Sequence record: ON568341.1
Direction: 5' to 3' (one strand)
DNA: 64,000 nucleotides
Made by a program: the position numbers and the translations under genes. Under the pieces are notes generated by a model, which did no database searches, had not been told where the DNA came from, and saw only the letters and a list, made by a program, of their open reading frames with translations. Below are positions 16,366 to 25,997 of the stretch, in pieces (the stretch's first letter is position 1; each line of letters starts with the position of its first letter).

Positions 16366-16577
16366 TTCATTTATCTTACTATGAATATCAAAAACGTTTA
16401 AATGCATCAAGAGGTATAAGGATTCAAATCTTCAATAACAAAAGATTGAAATCTGAAGCCAAAAAAATCAAAATCATAGAAGCAGAGTTGTGCAACTTTC
16501 TAGGGACGAACTATCAGGAAGGTAAGATAAAAAACTATCTTAGAGAACTAATGATTAGTATCAAGAGTAAATGTTAG
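16356..16577 (+). CDS. LGTNYQE-family paralogue
   Basis: FLGTNYQE. Confidence 0.8.
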   Translation: MQMIHLSYYEYQKRLNASRGIRIQIFNNKRLKSEAKKIKIIEAELCNFLGTNYQEGKIKNYLRELMISIKSKC

Positions 16578-16581
16578 GCAG

Positions 16582-16839
16582 ATGTACATGAAAATGATTA
16601 AATTATCTCAAGCAAAATATAAAGAACGCCTGGAAAAAATTACACCTAAACTTAATGAAATCCATCACGGAGAAGTCATTAAACACGGAAATAAGATGAT
16701 TATGAAACTTGAGTTAAAGGTGGGTGCATTCATAGGAACAAACTATCAGGAGTATTATGTAGATGAATACATAATCGCACTTAAGAGATACATTGGAAGA
16801 AAACTATATCTACAAACTAAAGAATTGTATTGCAAATAA
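16582..16839 (+). CDS. LGTNYQE-family paralogue
   Basis: FIGTNYQE; close relative of 16830-17120. Confidence 0.8.
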   Translation: MYMKMIKLSQAKYKERLEKITPKLNEIHHGEVIKHGNKMIMKLELKVGAFIGTNYQEYYVDEYIIALKRYIGRKLYLQTKELYCK

Positions 16840-17120
16840 ATGTGAGGTTGATGAACATGCAAATGATTAATTTAAGTAAAGATGAATATACCGAGCGTAT
16901 GACAAAAATTACGCACAAACGTAATACAATCTATCACAACCCAGAAATTCAACACAGTAAGAAAATGATTATGATGCGTGAGTTAAAGATGGGTGTATTC
17001 TTAGGAACAAACTATCAAGATACAGAAGTAAATCGCTTAATCGCGGAGTTACTACTGGAAATCAGAGGTAAGCTGTACTTTCATCAAATGACCCAACCAC
17101 TGAGGTGTACTAAGAAATGA
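16830..17120 (+). CDS. LGTNYQE-family paralogue
   Basis: FLGTNYQD. Confidence 0.8.
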   Translation: MQINVRLMNMQMINLSKDEYTERMTKITHKRNTIYHNPEIQHSKKMIMMRELKMGVFLGTNYQDTEVNRLIAELLLEIRGKLYFHQMTQPLRCTKK

Positions 17121-17332
17121 TCAACATCACATTGCAAGAAAGATTCATCCGAATCAACTATGCAATTACCAAATTAGATGCTACTATAGGATTCCAAAGT
17201 CTACCGTTCCAAACAAGAATGATATTAGAGTGCGAAGCTAAATTGGGTGTACTGTTAGGAACGCAACACCAACAACGATATGTGGAAATCTGGATTGATC
17301 TTTTAACCCAAAATGTACATGAGAAAATGTAA
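17117..17332 (+). CDS. LGTNYQE-family paralogue
   Basis: LLGTQHQQ. Confidence 0.8.
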   Translation: MINITLQERFIRINYAITKLDATIGFQSLPFQTRMILECEAKLGVLLGTQHQQRYVEIWIDLLTQNVHEKM

Positions 17333-17569
17333 ATGAAAAATGAAATGATATACTTAACGAATGAAGAGTTTCAAGAGAAGATGTTAAAAATCTATGATAA
17401 TACTCTTGAGTACGTTCCAAATCAATCAATATATGAAGTGTCTGCGAATGTATTATTTCAGAAGCTACCATACGTTCTTGGTACTGATAAACAAGAATTT
17501 ATGGTCAAAAATATGATTGAACATCTTATGATGAGTATTAAGGAAAAAGTAAATGCAAAAACAAAATAA
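17333..17569 (+). CDS. LGTNYQE-family paralogue
   Basis: VLGTDKQE; close relative of 17553-17816. Confidence 0.8.
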   Translation: MKNEMIYLTNEEFQEKMLKIYDNTLEYVPNQSIYEVSANVLFQKLPYVLGTDKQEFMVKNMIEHLMMSIKEKVNAKTK

Positions 17570-17816
17570 AATGATATACTTAACACCTGCTGAGTTAACA
17601 GAAAGACTAGTTAAATCCAGAAGATATACAAATCAACTTCCTCACAACCCAAATCAAAGCCCAGCGGAAAGGAGTGCAGAAGTTTTATTCCAATCACTAC
17701 CATACCTTCTTGGAACTAATAGACAAGAGTATCATATCGAACGTATAATTAAATATCTTAAAATTACTATTAAGGAAAAGATACATGCTCAAGAATTTAA
17801 AAATCCTAACAGCTAA
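17553..17816 (+). CDS. LGTNYQE-family paralogue
   Basis: LLGTNRQE. Confidence 0.8.
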   Translation: MQKQNKMIYLTPAELTERLVKSRRYTNQLPHNPNQSPAERSAEVLFQSLPYLLGTNRQEYHIERIIKYLKITIKEKIHAQEFKNPNS

Positions 17817-18027
17817 TGAATATCATAAGATTGTAATGACGACTAATAGTGCAATTTCTAAAAAATCAAATCCCAAATACATACTGGAACACACATTTGA
17901 AGAACGACAATTAACTTTAGTTGAAGCAAAACTTCTTGCACTCCTAGGAACAAACTATCAAGAAGAGTACGTTAGAAAACTAATATACCTTTTAACTAAA
18001 CATATTAGAAAAAAGAAAAACGCATGA
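17785..18027 (+). CDS. LGTNYQE-family paralogue
   Basis: LLGTNYQE. Confidence 0.8.
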   Translation: MLKNLKILTANEYHKIVMTTNSAISKKSNPKYILEHTFEERQLTLVEAKLLALLGTNYQEEYVRKLIYLLTKHIRKKKNA

Positions 18028-18254
18028 AACACTTGACAGATGATGAACATGGGCTTATAGTAATGGATGTAATCAACATCGAATACAAAAAGTTGATACG
18101 CTACCGTTGTTATGAAGATAAGCAACTCGTTCTAGAAGAACAGAAGTTGTTTCGACTCTTAAACACAAACTACCAAGCACAATACGAAGAATCGTATATG
18201 TACCTTTTGGCGAGGAAAGCAAAAAGAGATTATGAAAATTTTAAGCGAAGGTGA
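18024..18254 (+). CDS. LGTNYQE-family paralogue
   Basis: LLNTNYQA. Confidence 0.8.
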   Translation: MKHLTDDEHGLIVMDVINIEYKKLIRYRCYEDKQLVLEEQKLFRLLNTNYQAQYEESYMYLLARKAKRDYENFKRR

Positions 18255-18447
18255 TGCAGTAATATTACTTATCGAGAATTCACGTAAATTCGTAAACATA
18301 ACACTGTCTGATATAGATGAAGATGACAAAGAAGTACTGAGAGCAGATTTAAGAGTACTGTTACATCTCGGAACAAACCTACAAGAAAGATATGTAGAGT
18401 TCTACATTGATGAACTTAAAGAATCAGTACTGAAAAGATGCAAATGA
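18232..18447 (+). CDS. LGTNYQE-family paralogue
   Basis: HLGTNLQE. Confidence 0.8.
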   Translation: MKILSEGDAVILLIENSRKFVNITLSDIDEDDKEVLRADLRVLLHLGTNLQERYVEFYIDELKESVLKRCK

Positions 18448-18665
18448 AAATCATTACTGACGAAGAATACCTAACAATCATAAATGGACTGTTTTTGAAG
18501 CTATATGCTATTAACATATCAAACCTACCAGATATGGATAAAATTATTAAGAGAAATGAAATCTATGTTCTAGCTACCCTGGGAACTAACTATCAAGAAT
18601 ACGATATTAATGATTATATTAAGACACTTAAACGAGCGATTGAACTAAAATGCCAAAACCACTAG
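18438..18665 (+). CDS. LGTNYQE-family paralogue
   Basis: TLGTNYQE. Confidence 0.8.
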   Translation: MQMKIITDEEYLTIINGLFLKLYAINISNLPDMDKIIKRNEIYVLATLGTNYQEYDINDYIKTLKRAIELKCQNH

Positions 18666-18865
18666 GAACAGCAGAATACATTGAACTCATGGGATTACAC
18701 TTCTCATCCTTTCAGAAACTTATGCGAGAATCAAAGAATGATTTAGAATATACCATCAGAGGTTCAGATTTAAGAATGCTTCTCACCCTAGACACAGATT
18801 CCCAAGAGCGATTTGTCAATGAGCACATTAGAGCACTTTTAATGGAAATTCAAAGTAAACTATGA
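18650..18865 (+). CDS. LGTNYQE-family paralogue
   Basis: TLDTDSQE. Confidence 0.75.
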   Translation: MPKPLGTAEYIELMGLHFSSFQKLMRESKNDLEYTIRGSDLRMLLTLDTDSQERFVNEHIRALLMEIQSKL

Positions 18866-19077
18866 AGGAAATATCAAACCAAGAGTACTTGGCACTATTC
18901 AGAAAGAATAATCATAAATTTATGGCACTTGATACAAGAACTGATATAGGGGAACTTGAAAAAAATCTTTTGCGTTCAGAGATGATAGTACTGACACTTT
19001 TAGGAACACAGCATCAAGAGAGAACTGTTAATTCATATATTGAGATTCTTACGAAGCTTATACAGGAAAAACTATGA
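18862..19077 (+). CDS. LGTNYQE-family paralogue
   Basis: LLGTQHQE. Confidence 0.8.
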   Translation: MKEISNQEYLALFRKNNHKFMALDTRTDIGELEKNLLRSEMIVLTLLGTQHQERTVNSYIEILTKLIQEKL

Positions 19078-19295
19078 GAATCATAACACAAACAGACATA
19101 TTTAAGTTAGCAAGAGAACATACATCTGAAATTGATGCTATAGTATCAAAAAGTTACAATGACCCTTATACACAAGATGTACACTACAATGAATTATGGG
19201 TGTATATACTTTTAGGTACAAATTATCAAGAGCAAGCAGTACAGAAGTATTTGACAGCCTTAAGTACTGCTATTGCTAATGGAATAGGTGTTTAA
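19074..19295 (+). CDS. LGTNYQE-family paralogue
   Basis: LLGTNYQE. Confidence 0.8.
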   Translation: MRIITQTDIFKLAREHTSEIDAIVSKSYNDPYTQDVHYNELWVYILLGTNYQEQAVQKYLTALSTAIANGIGV

Positions 19296-19539
19296 AATGC
19301 TAGTACTGACAGAACTAGAAATGTATCATAGATTTAACAAGTACTATCATTTACTTAAGCCTATACAGAGGATTAAATGTCCATTTGAAGAGAAACAGGT
19401 ATTAATTTATGAGCATAAGTTATTTGTATCATTAGGTACGAATGAACAAGAGTATTATTTGAAGTTGTACTTAATTACTTTAATTGAATTGATTAATCAC
19501 AAAACTCAGAAAGCTAAGAAATCTAAAAATGAAAACTAA
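19288..19539 (+). CDS. LGTNYQE-family paralogue
   Basis: SLGTNEQE. Confidence 0.8.
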   Translation: MFKMLVLTELEMYHRFNKYYHLLKPIQRIKCPFEEKQVLIYEHKLFVSLGTNEQEYYLKLYLITLIELINHKTQKAKKSKNEN

Positions 19540-19867
19540 TATTCAACTCAAGGTATACATATCTTATGAATCTATATACATCAAATGCAGTCTATGTAAA
19601 GATGTAATGGATTATAAAGGTAAGCCATTCACAATTACTTACAGTCTAACAGGAGGTTTTTATATATCTTTTGTTGATTACGAAAATAAAATATACAAGC
19701 ACATTGATATTAAAGATTTAAGTACCTTGTCAGATGAGGAATACTTTCAAGAATCATTAGTATGGGATTTAGAGTTTCCTATGACATTAGTACACAAAAT
19801 GATAGTTCTAATGAAAGAAACTAAACCTGAGCCGAGTGGTTATGAAGAATTCATTATTGAGTATTAA
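19529..19867 (+). CDS. FQ-motif family protein (short type)
   Basis: LSDEEYFQESLVWD. Confidence 0.8.
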   Translation: MKTNIQLKVYISYESIYIKCSLCKDVMDYKGKPFTITYSLTGGFYISFVDYENKIYKHIDIKDLSTLSDEEYFQESLVWDLEFPMTLVHKMIVLMKETKPEPSGYEEFIIEY

Positions 19868-19879
19868 GAGTACTGATAT

Positions 19880-20095
19880 ATGAAAATATTATCATACAAA
19901 GATTATAGTAAGCTTATCAGTGCTTTGCAACCAGAAATTAGGAGAATTAATTCTCTTCCTGTATCTAATGCAGAATGTACAGTACTGAAAAAAGAGTTAA
20001 TATTAAAACGCACAGTAGGTACTAACTATCAGGATAATAGTGTTCGAGATTTAATTAGAGGGTTAATGAACACAATAAAGGCCAAGTGCCATTGA
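19880..20095 (+). CDS. LGTNYQE-family paralogue
   Basis: TVGTNYQD. Confidence 0.8.
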   Translation: MKILSYKDYSKLISALQPEIRRINSLPVSNAECTVLKKELILKRTVGTNYQDNSVRDLIRGLMNTIKAKCH

Positions 20096-20101
20096 CAGTA
20101 C

Positions 20102-20130
20102 TTGACGGAGCTTTTCATTACTGATATAGT
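20102..20130 (+). promoter_or_regulatory. sigma70 promoter
   Basis: TTGACG-17-TATAGT with TG extension. Confidence 0.65.
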
Positions 20131-20159
20131 ACACAAACGTTAATCATAGGGTAGAAATT

Positions 20160-20405
20160 ATGTTAAAATTTTTAAATTTCCTTATCGTCTTGTGTATTGT
20201 TCTTGGGATTGCACCGTTTGTACTGGTGTATATGGATTCAGATGAAATGCAAAAGATGAATTGCACAAAGACGGGACAGAGTAGAGAAGAGACGATTCTT
20301 ATGCCTGTTACCGTTATTGTTAATAATATGCCCATTACAAACATGGTCCCTAACCTAACGACAACGTACCAGTACTCTTGTACAGACGGGGAGAGGTGGA
20401 GATGA
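20160..20405 (+). CDS. Small membrane-anchored protein
   Basis: N-terminal hydrophobic helix FLNFLIVLCIVLGIAPFVLVY. Confidence 0.75.
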   Translation: MLKFLNFLIVLCIVLGIAPFVLVYMDSDEMQKMNCTKTGQSREETILMPVTVIVNNMPITNMVPNLTTTYQYSCTDGERWR

Positions 20406-20722
20406 AATTTAATATAGCAAAAACATCGAATGTATGTATATTTGGTTATGCAGATGAGTTAGGTGATCTTGACATTCTTTTGTACAAAAAGGATGGTGTT
20501 ATGCATTTCAAGTACCAGGATGAAGAGGCAGACAATTATCCTTTACCTAATTTAGTACAAATGCAGGAAGAGGAATTATTCCAGTACAGCTTAGTATATG
20601 ACATTGATATTTGCACGATGCCAGTACTAATTAATATTCAAAAAGTGATGCTCGATGTGTTTGATAGGCTAATACAAGGCACACAAGGAAGAACCATATA
20701 TGTCAATGTACAAGACAATTAA
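20402..20722 (+). CDS. FQ-motif family protein (short type)
   Basis: QEEELFQYSLVYD. Confidence 0.8.
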   Translation: MKFNIAKTSNVCIFGYADELGDLDILLYKKDGVMHFKYQDEEADNYPLPNLVQMQEEELFQYSLVYDIDICTMPVLINIQKVMLDVFDRLIQGTQGRTIYVNVQDN

Positions 20723-20915
20723 TCAAGAATGGAAGACCCAAAAATACAGAGAATTCAATAGGAATTTTACAAAAGACGAATTGAATATAAAAACAACAGA
20801 ATTTGATATGTTTATTTTTCTCGGAACACGTTCACAGGAGCAATTTGTTCATTATTATATAAATTCGTTGCGAACGGAGATAGTATGCAAAACAAAGGGT
20901 ATTATAAAAAGGTAA
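20700..20915 (+). CDS. LGTNYQE-family paralogue
   Basis: FLGTRSQE. Confidence 0.75.
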   Translation: MSMYKTINQEWKTQKYREFNRNFTKDELNIKTTEFDMFIFLGTRSQEQFVHYYINSLRTEIVCKTKGIIKR

Positions 20916-21151
20916 ACCAACATTTGTACGCTACAAAGTACAGGGATTTTTGTTTAAAGGGTGGTGATGAAGATTTTTCTTTGCGATTATCAGAATTTAA
21001 TCTGTTATTTTATCTTGGTACATCGGAACAAGAAGAAATGGCACAGAAATTTATCAAGCACCTTGTACAAAAAATTAATATGCAAATTTTGATGCTTAAG
21101 TTACAGAATGAGATAAATGAATATGAACCCAACAATAGTACTGGATCTTAA
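20885..21151 (+). CDS. LGTNYQE-family paralogue
   Basis: YLGTSEQE. Confidence 0.75.
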   Translation: MQNKGYYKKVNQHLYATKYRDFCLKGGDEDFSLRLSEFNLLFYLGTSEQEEMAQKFIKHLVQKINMQILMLKLQNEINEYEPNNSTGS

Positions 21152-21506
21152 AAAAGTAATATTTCTATTGAATGCCAGAAGTGAATTGTATACAGAGTTA
21201 AAAGAGATTAATGCATTTTATCAGAATTTTGTAATCCAAGAGTTCAGTGATTTAATTACAGATGCATTATTTGAATTCTCGGAGAAATACAAAGGAGCCG
21301 AGTTCAGTGTTAAGAATGTATTACGTCCTTTATCTAAGCGTATAATAAAATTGGATCATTTTAAATTTGACAATAAAGATTTATTCAGCTATAATCCTAA
21401 TACAGCTTTATATTTTATTCCTGATTCAGACAAAGATCACCCAATTCATTACGGATGGATTCTGTCGTACATAGAACAAGGAAAGGAGTATCCTATTAAA
21501 TGGTAA
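21117..21506 (+). CDS. Hypothetical protein
   Basis: Coupled ORF; EKYKG motif similar to the late small-protein family. Confidence 0.7.
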   Translation: MNMNPTIVLDLKKVIFLLNARSELYTELKEINAFYQNFVIQEFSDLITDALFEFSEKYKGAEFSVKNVLRPLSKRIIKLDHFKFDNKDLFSYNPNTALYFIPDSDKDHPIHYGWILSYIEQGKEYPIKW

Positions 21507-21661
21507 GATTATGGCGTTTAGATTATTACACAATTAATGTAAATTATTTGCTGAGTAATATAAAATCCGATTACAAAATATGGATAAAGAACAGAGATAG
21601 TATGTGTTATGAATTTTATTTAGATTATGCTATCAAACGATTTTTAAGAGAAGAACATTAG
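21500..21661 (+). CDS. Hypothetical protein (53 aa, not in the track)
   Basis: SD AAGGAG upstream; fills the gap between coupled genes. Confidence 0.55.
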   Translation: MVRLWRLDYYTINVNYLLSNIKSDYKIWIKNRDSMCYEFYLDYAIKRFLREEH

Positions 21662-21864
21662 TGCAAAATAGTAATACGATAACATTAAATGCATTACAGG
21701 ATTCATTATTAGATAGTATTAAGATGTATTACAATATACATTTGAGGGGTGGCATTGATGATTATAATTATTATTTGAGTTTAATTGTAATTGAGCACCT
21801 TTCAGTACAGGACAGGATTTTACATCCTACAAATCCTATGTATCCATCAATAGGTAAATTATGA
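21661..21864 (+). CDS. Hypothetical protein
   Basis: Coupled ORF, GTG start. Confidence 0.6.
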   Translation: MQNSNTITLNALQDSLLDSIKMYYNIHLRGGIDDYNYYLSLIVIEHLSVQDRILHPTNPMYPSIGKL

Positions 21865-22418
21865 ATGAGATAGAGTTATTAGCACACAAGATAAGTACAA
21901 TAATGCTTATCCTCAATAACAACCATCCTATATCGCAGATAGATGGAATCCTGAGTCAGAGGACAGGTGGTAGTTTATATTTGTCCATAAACGCAAATAT
22001 CGCAAGGAAATACATTGACATTGGTGATGTTGATGCTGAAATCGAATGTGATACAACTGGAATTGTTGATGTAGGTGCATTAATCAGTTCAAATCCTGTA
22101 TCAGTATCCCCATTGACCAAAGGTGTTAGTACAGGATTCGAAGGATATTTGTGGTATAATGCTAATGATAATTATTTTATATATCAGCATTCCAATACAA
22201 ATTATGATGAAGATAAATTTGAGTTCATTGACCCTTATGATGAAGCTGGAGTATTTCAACAATCATTAATCACAAAACCACATCAAATGATGTATCTAAT
22301 GTTATTCAGTACAATGAATTTGAATCCATTAATTAATGGTTTAAAGTTTTATATTCAATTGAATCTGGTTCATATAGTTTATGATTTATTAATGCAAGGA
22401 TATAGTTATGAAGTATAA
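21861..22418 (+). CDS. FQ-motif family protein
   Basis: DEAGVFQQSLIT. Confidence 0.75.
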   Translation: MNEIELLAHKISTIMLILNNNHPISQIDGILSQRTGGSLYLSINANIARKYIDIGDVDAEIECDTTGIVDVGALISSNPVSVSPLTKGVSTGFEGYLWYNANDNYFIYQHSNTNYDEDKFEFIDPYDEAGVFQQSLITKPHQMMYLMLFSTMNLNPLINGLKFYIQLNLVHIVYDLLMQGYSYEV

Positions 22419-22710
22419 AATGATGTATACTCCAGATATGATTTATGTTGAATTAGAAGACGATGACGACGGGTGGAATTTGATTTATTCAATTAGTTCA
22501 GGTTGGTACATGGCACATTTAAATGATAACAAAGTTACAGATTATTTTGTAGATTTCAACACCTTATCCGATGAAGAATTGTTTCAACAACAATTAGTGA
22601 TTGATACAGGTGGTTATGATGTGTTATTATTAAAAAAGATACAGAAAGCTGTTATTGATTTTAAGCCCAATATGTTGCAAAGGAAATATTATGACATCGA
22701 AGTACAATAA
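22408..22710 (+). CDS. FQ-motif family protein (short type)
   Basis: LSDEELFQQQLVID. Confidence 0.8.
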   Translation: MKYKMMYTPDMIYVELEDDDDGWNLIYSISSGWYMAHLNDNKVTDYFVDFNTLSDEELFQQQLVIDTGGYDVLLLKKIQKAVIDFKPNMLQRKYYDIEVQ

Positions 22711-23044
22711 TGTATTTGATATTAAGAAATTAAAAGAATGGGTTTATAGTATTGAAATTGAAGCAATTCCTTATCATAGATACAAACAATATGATTTATG
22801 TAATATAGATATTCGTGAGTTGTACGCATATTATCAGAGTGCATTAGAGATGCATAAGATATTTTTGAGTTCAAATTACATGACACGTTGTAATGATGCT
22901 TTTAAAGAATTTAATAATTATAATTTAGTACAAAAATATGTAGTATCAAAGTACATGTACAATCAAGGAATTAAAGGTTGTATTGAATTCAATTCGGTCT
23001 TTGCTTTAGTTGAGATAATTTTATGCAGTACATGTCTGATTTAG
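22691..23044 (+). CDS. Hypothetical protein
   Basis: SD AAGGA; coupled. Confidence 0.65.
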   Translation: MTSKYNNVFDIKKLKEWVYSIEIEAIPYHRYKQYDLCNIDIRELYAYYQSALEMHKIFLSSNYMTRCNDAFKEFNNYNLVQKYVVSKYMYNQGIKGCIEFNSVFALVEIILCSTCLI

Positions 23045-23520
23045 AGTTTAGTTTAGATGCTGCTTTTAAATTTGTACACAAGATAGAAACAATATATCGT
23101 ACATTATGTGCAATACGATTAGTAACATCTGAACTTGATGTTGGTAAAAGGTATCAGGTATGGAATAACACATTTCTAGACAAAGAGCGTTGTTCAACTG
23201 GGTTTAATATTTTATCATTTAATCCAAGTAATTGTTACCCAGAGAAGCATGAGCGTTATCCGAATGATGACATGTGGTTTGAGTACAAAGAAGATGGTGA
23301 TATGTCGTTCATTGAAGTTCCTGATGATTTTAATGCACAAGATTTAACTGAAGAATGGTGGTTCCAGCAGAATTTAGTCCACGATGATATTGATTTATTT
23401 TTTTATGTAGTATTTAAAATGCTTTATCATAACAAGATAGTACAAGATAGTGTATTTTTTTCATGTCTATATATTGATGATTTGTACAATGAAATTCAAA
23501 TCAACATGCCTGTATCGTAA
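23023..23520 (+). CDS. FQ-motif family protein
   Basis: TEEWWFQQNLVHD. Confidence 0.8.
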   Translation: MQYMSDLEFSLDAAFKFVHKIETIYRTLCAIRLVTSELDVGKRYQVWNNTFLDKERCSTGFNILSFNPSNCYPEKHERYPNDDMWFEYKEDGDMSFIEVPDDFNAQDLTEEWWFQQNLVHDDIDLFFYVVFKMLYHNKIVQDSVFFSCLYIDDLYNEIQINMPVS

Positions 23521-23574
23521 GATATGGGCTTTTTTTGTTTTGGTATTGACATAGAAGTACAAAACTGTTATCAT
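23508..23574 (+). terminator. Terminator followed by a sigma70 promoter
   Basis: GCCTGTATC...GATATGGGC plus T7, then TTGACA-17-TATCAT. Confidence 0.7.
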
Positions 23575-23600
23575 GGGTAATCATTTTAAAGGAGGAATTT

Positions 23601-24134
23601 ATGGCGAGTTTTATGGTTCCAAGTACATACGAAGATGCATCAAGTGCAGTGCATAAGGTTCATCATATTTTTAATTTAATTATTAATGCATCAAAAAATA
23701 AAATGTATGCACCTCTAGTGAAATTTAATAAAAATGAGGAAATTTTTGTTAGTACAGAACAAACGATTTTTCCATATTTCAATAAAGATAGATTATGGTT
23801 CATGCATTCAGTCGCATTACAAAGATATAATATAACAAGATCCAACGAAAATCATAATCCAAGATATTTGCATATATCGTTATACCATCCCGATATTGGA
23901 GAGGATGAATATTTTCAGTACAGCACAGTACACCACCATGAAGATATCTTTGCTGCTATGCTTATTGCTAAATTGAACACCGTTGATTTGGAGAAGCACA
24001 AATACAATAATAAATCATGTAAGATCATAATCCCTGCATTCATAGCTCTTTATGATTATGTGGTGCATAACAAAAAAGATGATACATATGCTTTCAATGA
24101 AGAGTATTTGAATTTTTTTAAGGAGAACATATGA
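23601..24134 (+). CDS. FQ-motif family protein
   Basis: GEDEYFQYSTVHH. Confidence 0.8.
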   Translation: MASFMVPSTYEDASSAVHKVHHIFNLIINASKNKMYAPLVKFNKNEEIFVSTEQTIFPYFNKDRLWFMHSVALQRYNITRSNENHNPRYLHISLYHPDIGEDEYFQYSTVHHHEDIFAAMLIAKLNTVDLEKHKYNNKSCKIIIPAFIALYDYVVHNKKDDTYAFNEEYLNFFKENI

Positions 24135-24661
24135 GCAGTACAACAGTACAGAAAGCAATGACATTCAATGAAATTGGTACATTTAAAGATAAGATCATTG
24201 ATTGCCTTGAATACATGATTTGTAGTAATATTGAGAGTATCGAAATATTTAACAAGAGAAATCGCTCTTACCATATGATGTACACTGCAAAAAATACTGG
24301 TATCATTCCATTTATTTCGGATAGCACAATATGGTACGCATGTGATACGAAAAAATACACAGCAGGTTCGTATAGCGTAGGGTCACATACGGAATTGATT
24401 ATTCCTGAGCATTGTATACAAGAAGAAGAATATTTTCAAATGCAATGTGTACATTCACCATTAGAGTTGTTTAGTTTATATATGATACCGTATATTTCTA
24501 AATGTGTTCATGAGAATAAAGCTCCGTGGAATCATGAATTTGTATCGTTGAAGTTATTGTATAATGTATTAGTAGAATATTATGATTACAGGCACAATGG
24601 TACAATCAGTGATGTATGGGATTTTGAATCGCTAAGGGTGAAAACATACACAGGTGAATGA
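24131..24661 (+). CDS. FQ-motif family protein
   Basis: QEEEYFQMQCVHS. Confidence 0.75.
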   Translation: MSSTTVQKAMTFNEIGTFKDKIIDCLEYMICSNIESIEIFNKRNRSYHMMYTAKNTGIIPFISDSTIWYACDTKKYTAGSYSVGSHTELIIPEHCIQEEEYFQMQCVHSPLELFSLYMIPYISKCVHENKAPWNHEFVSLKLLYNVLVEYYDYRHNGTISDVWDFESLRVKTYTGE

Positions 24662-25277
24662 TATGACCAGAATTAAAATGTATGATTTGATGCAGTACAG
24701 TAAAATTGCAATTCCAGTACTTAATAAAGTGCTGGATGCATTCATTGCCAAATACCCTGAGAATTCAGAGTTACGCATTCCATTTCGTGTACCAGATAAA
24801 GATGATATATTCCAAGTGAATGTCAGTACACGTGGTATTACATTGCAGCAGAAATACATGGATACAGAATATTATGGAATAAAGTTGGATTCAGTTCAGG
24901 GTTCGAAATCAGCCTATGATTTTTTTGTTCCTAATAATATAGAGTCATGGGAAACAAACATTTCAAAGAAAGATGAAAATGATGTTCCTATTAGCGGTGA
25001 ATTAAACAATAAAGTTTTTTATTATTACGAAACTGATAAATTCCCTGAAGAGTTATATTACAATTCAGAAATGAGTGAAGATGTAGATGCATTTATGTTT
25101 CAATTATCTTTAGTACATGATATCATCGACGTTCAAGAGTTAAGAGCAGAAATCAATTTAGCTAAAGAGTTGTCGGACATGTTGCCACCGTTTAGTATGA
25201 TTTTTTGTGAAGGAGGTTATTTTACAAAAGAAGTGTTTGAACATTTCGTAGATGTTGTAAAAGGGTTGGATATATAG
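24654..25277 (+). CDS. FQ-motif family protein
   Basis: VDAFMFQLSLVHD. Confidence 0.75.
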   Translation: MNDMTRIKMYDLMQYSKIAIPVLNKVLDAFIAKYPENSELRIPFRVPDKDDIFQVNVSTRGITLQQKYMDTEYYGIKLDSVQGSKSAYDFFVPNNIESWETNISKKDENDVPISGELNNKVFYYYETDKFPEELYYNSEMSEDVDAFMFQLSLVHDIIDVQELRAEINLAKELSDMLPPFSMIFCEGGYFTKEVFEHFVDVVKGLDI

Positions 25278-25278
25278 T

Positions 25279-25473
25279 ATGCTTACTGATGATATTAAAC
25301 AAAAATACCGTAAGTTTGATTGGTTCACCGACAGTTTCCAGCTTGAATTACTGCATTTGAATATAAGTGAGACATTATGTGCAGAAACACAAGATGAATT
25401 TGATGACAGAGTTCTTAACATAGTAATGCTTTCTTGCTTTAAACATTTTGGTTATTTTTTCGAACAGGATTAA
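25279..25473 (+). CDS. Hypothetical protein
   Basis: Coupled short ORF. Confidence 0.6.
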   Translation: MLTDDIKQKYRKFDWFTDSFQLELLHLNISETLCAETQDEFDDRVLNIVMLSCFKHFGYFFEQD

Positions 25474-25481
25474 GGTACAAA

Positions 25482-25997
25482 ATGCATCAACACAAGCATC
25501 ATTCATATGATTTTGCAATTAACATTATGAAGTTCATTCGAGCGTTGGAGGATGGGAAGCTTAGTCATAAGTACAGGAAAGAGGGTAACAATTGGTTCAG
25601 AAATGATTCCGAGTTCAGGAGTCATAACATCGTGTATAGCAATCAGTACAGTGCCAATTACCTACAAGATGTAGTGATGTGTTTTGAATATGTATTGCAG
25701 TTCAGGGGTACAATCCAGAATGAATTAATGGATCACATGTACATCCGATACCTTCCAATGCATAAAGATGAAAATGCATTATTAGGTTCAATATACCAAC
25801 GAGTAAGGGAAATTGAGTGCAGGGATATATTAGATACAGAAGAATCGTATTTCCAGCAATCTCTTATTACTGCACCTGATTCATTACAGGCACATAATTT
25901 GTTTAATACATTACGTCAGAACATCAGTACAGACATATTTTTGTCATTATTGGATTATGATACATTTGTCAAAGATTTAGAGGAAATAGGTTTATGA
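25482..25997 (+). CDS. FQ-motif family protein
   Basis: TEESYFQQSLIT. Confidence 0.8.
   Translation: MHQHKHHSYDFAINIMKFIRALEDGKLSHKYRKEGNNWFRNDSEFRSHNIVYSNQYSANYLQDVVMCFEYVLQFRGTIQNELMDHMYIRYLPMHKDENALLGSIYQRVREIECRDILDTEESYFQQSLITAPDSLQAHNLFNTLRQNISTDIFLSLLDYDTFVKDLEEIGL

Noticed and set aside
13872-19539. Periodic ~17-nt DNA motif (GG(G/A)AC(T/A)AACTATCA(G/A)GA) every ~215 nt, resembling a CRISPR or repeat-spacer array
   Set aside because: The motif is always in frame inside ORFs, varies at synonymous positions, and is separated by ~200-nt coding segments. It is a protein motif, and no cas genes are present.
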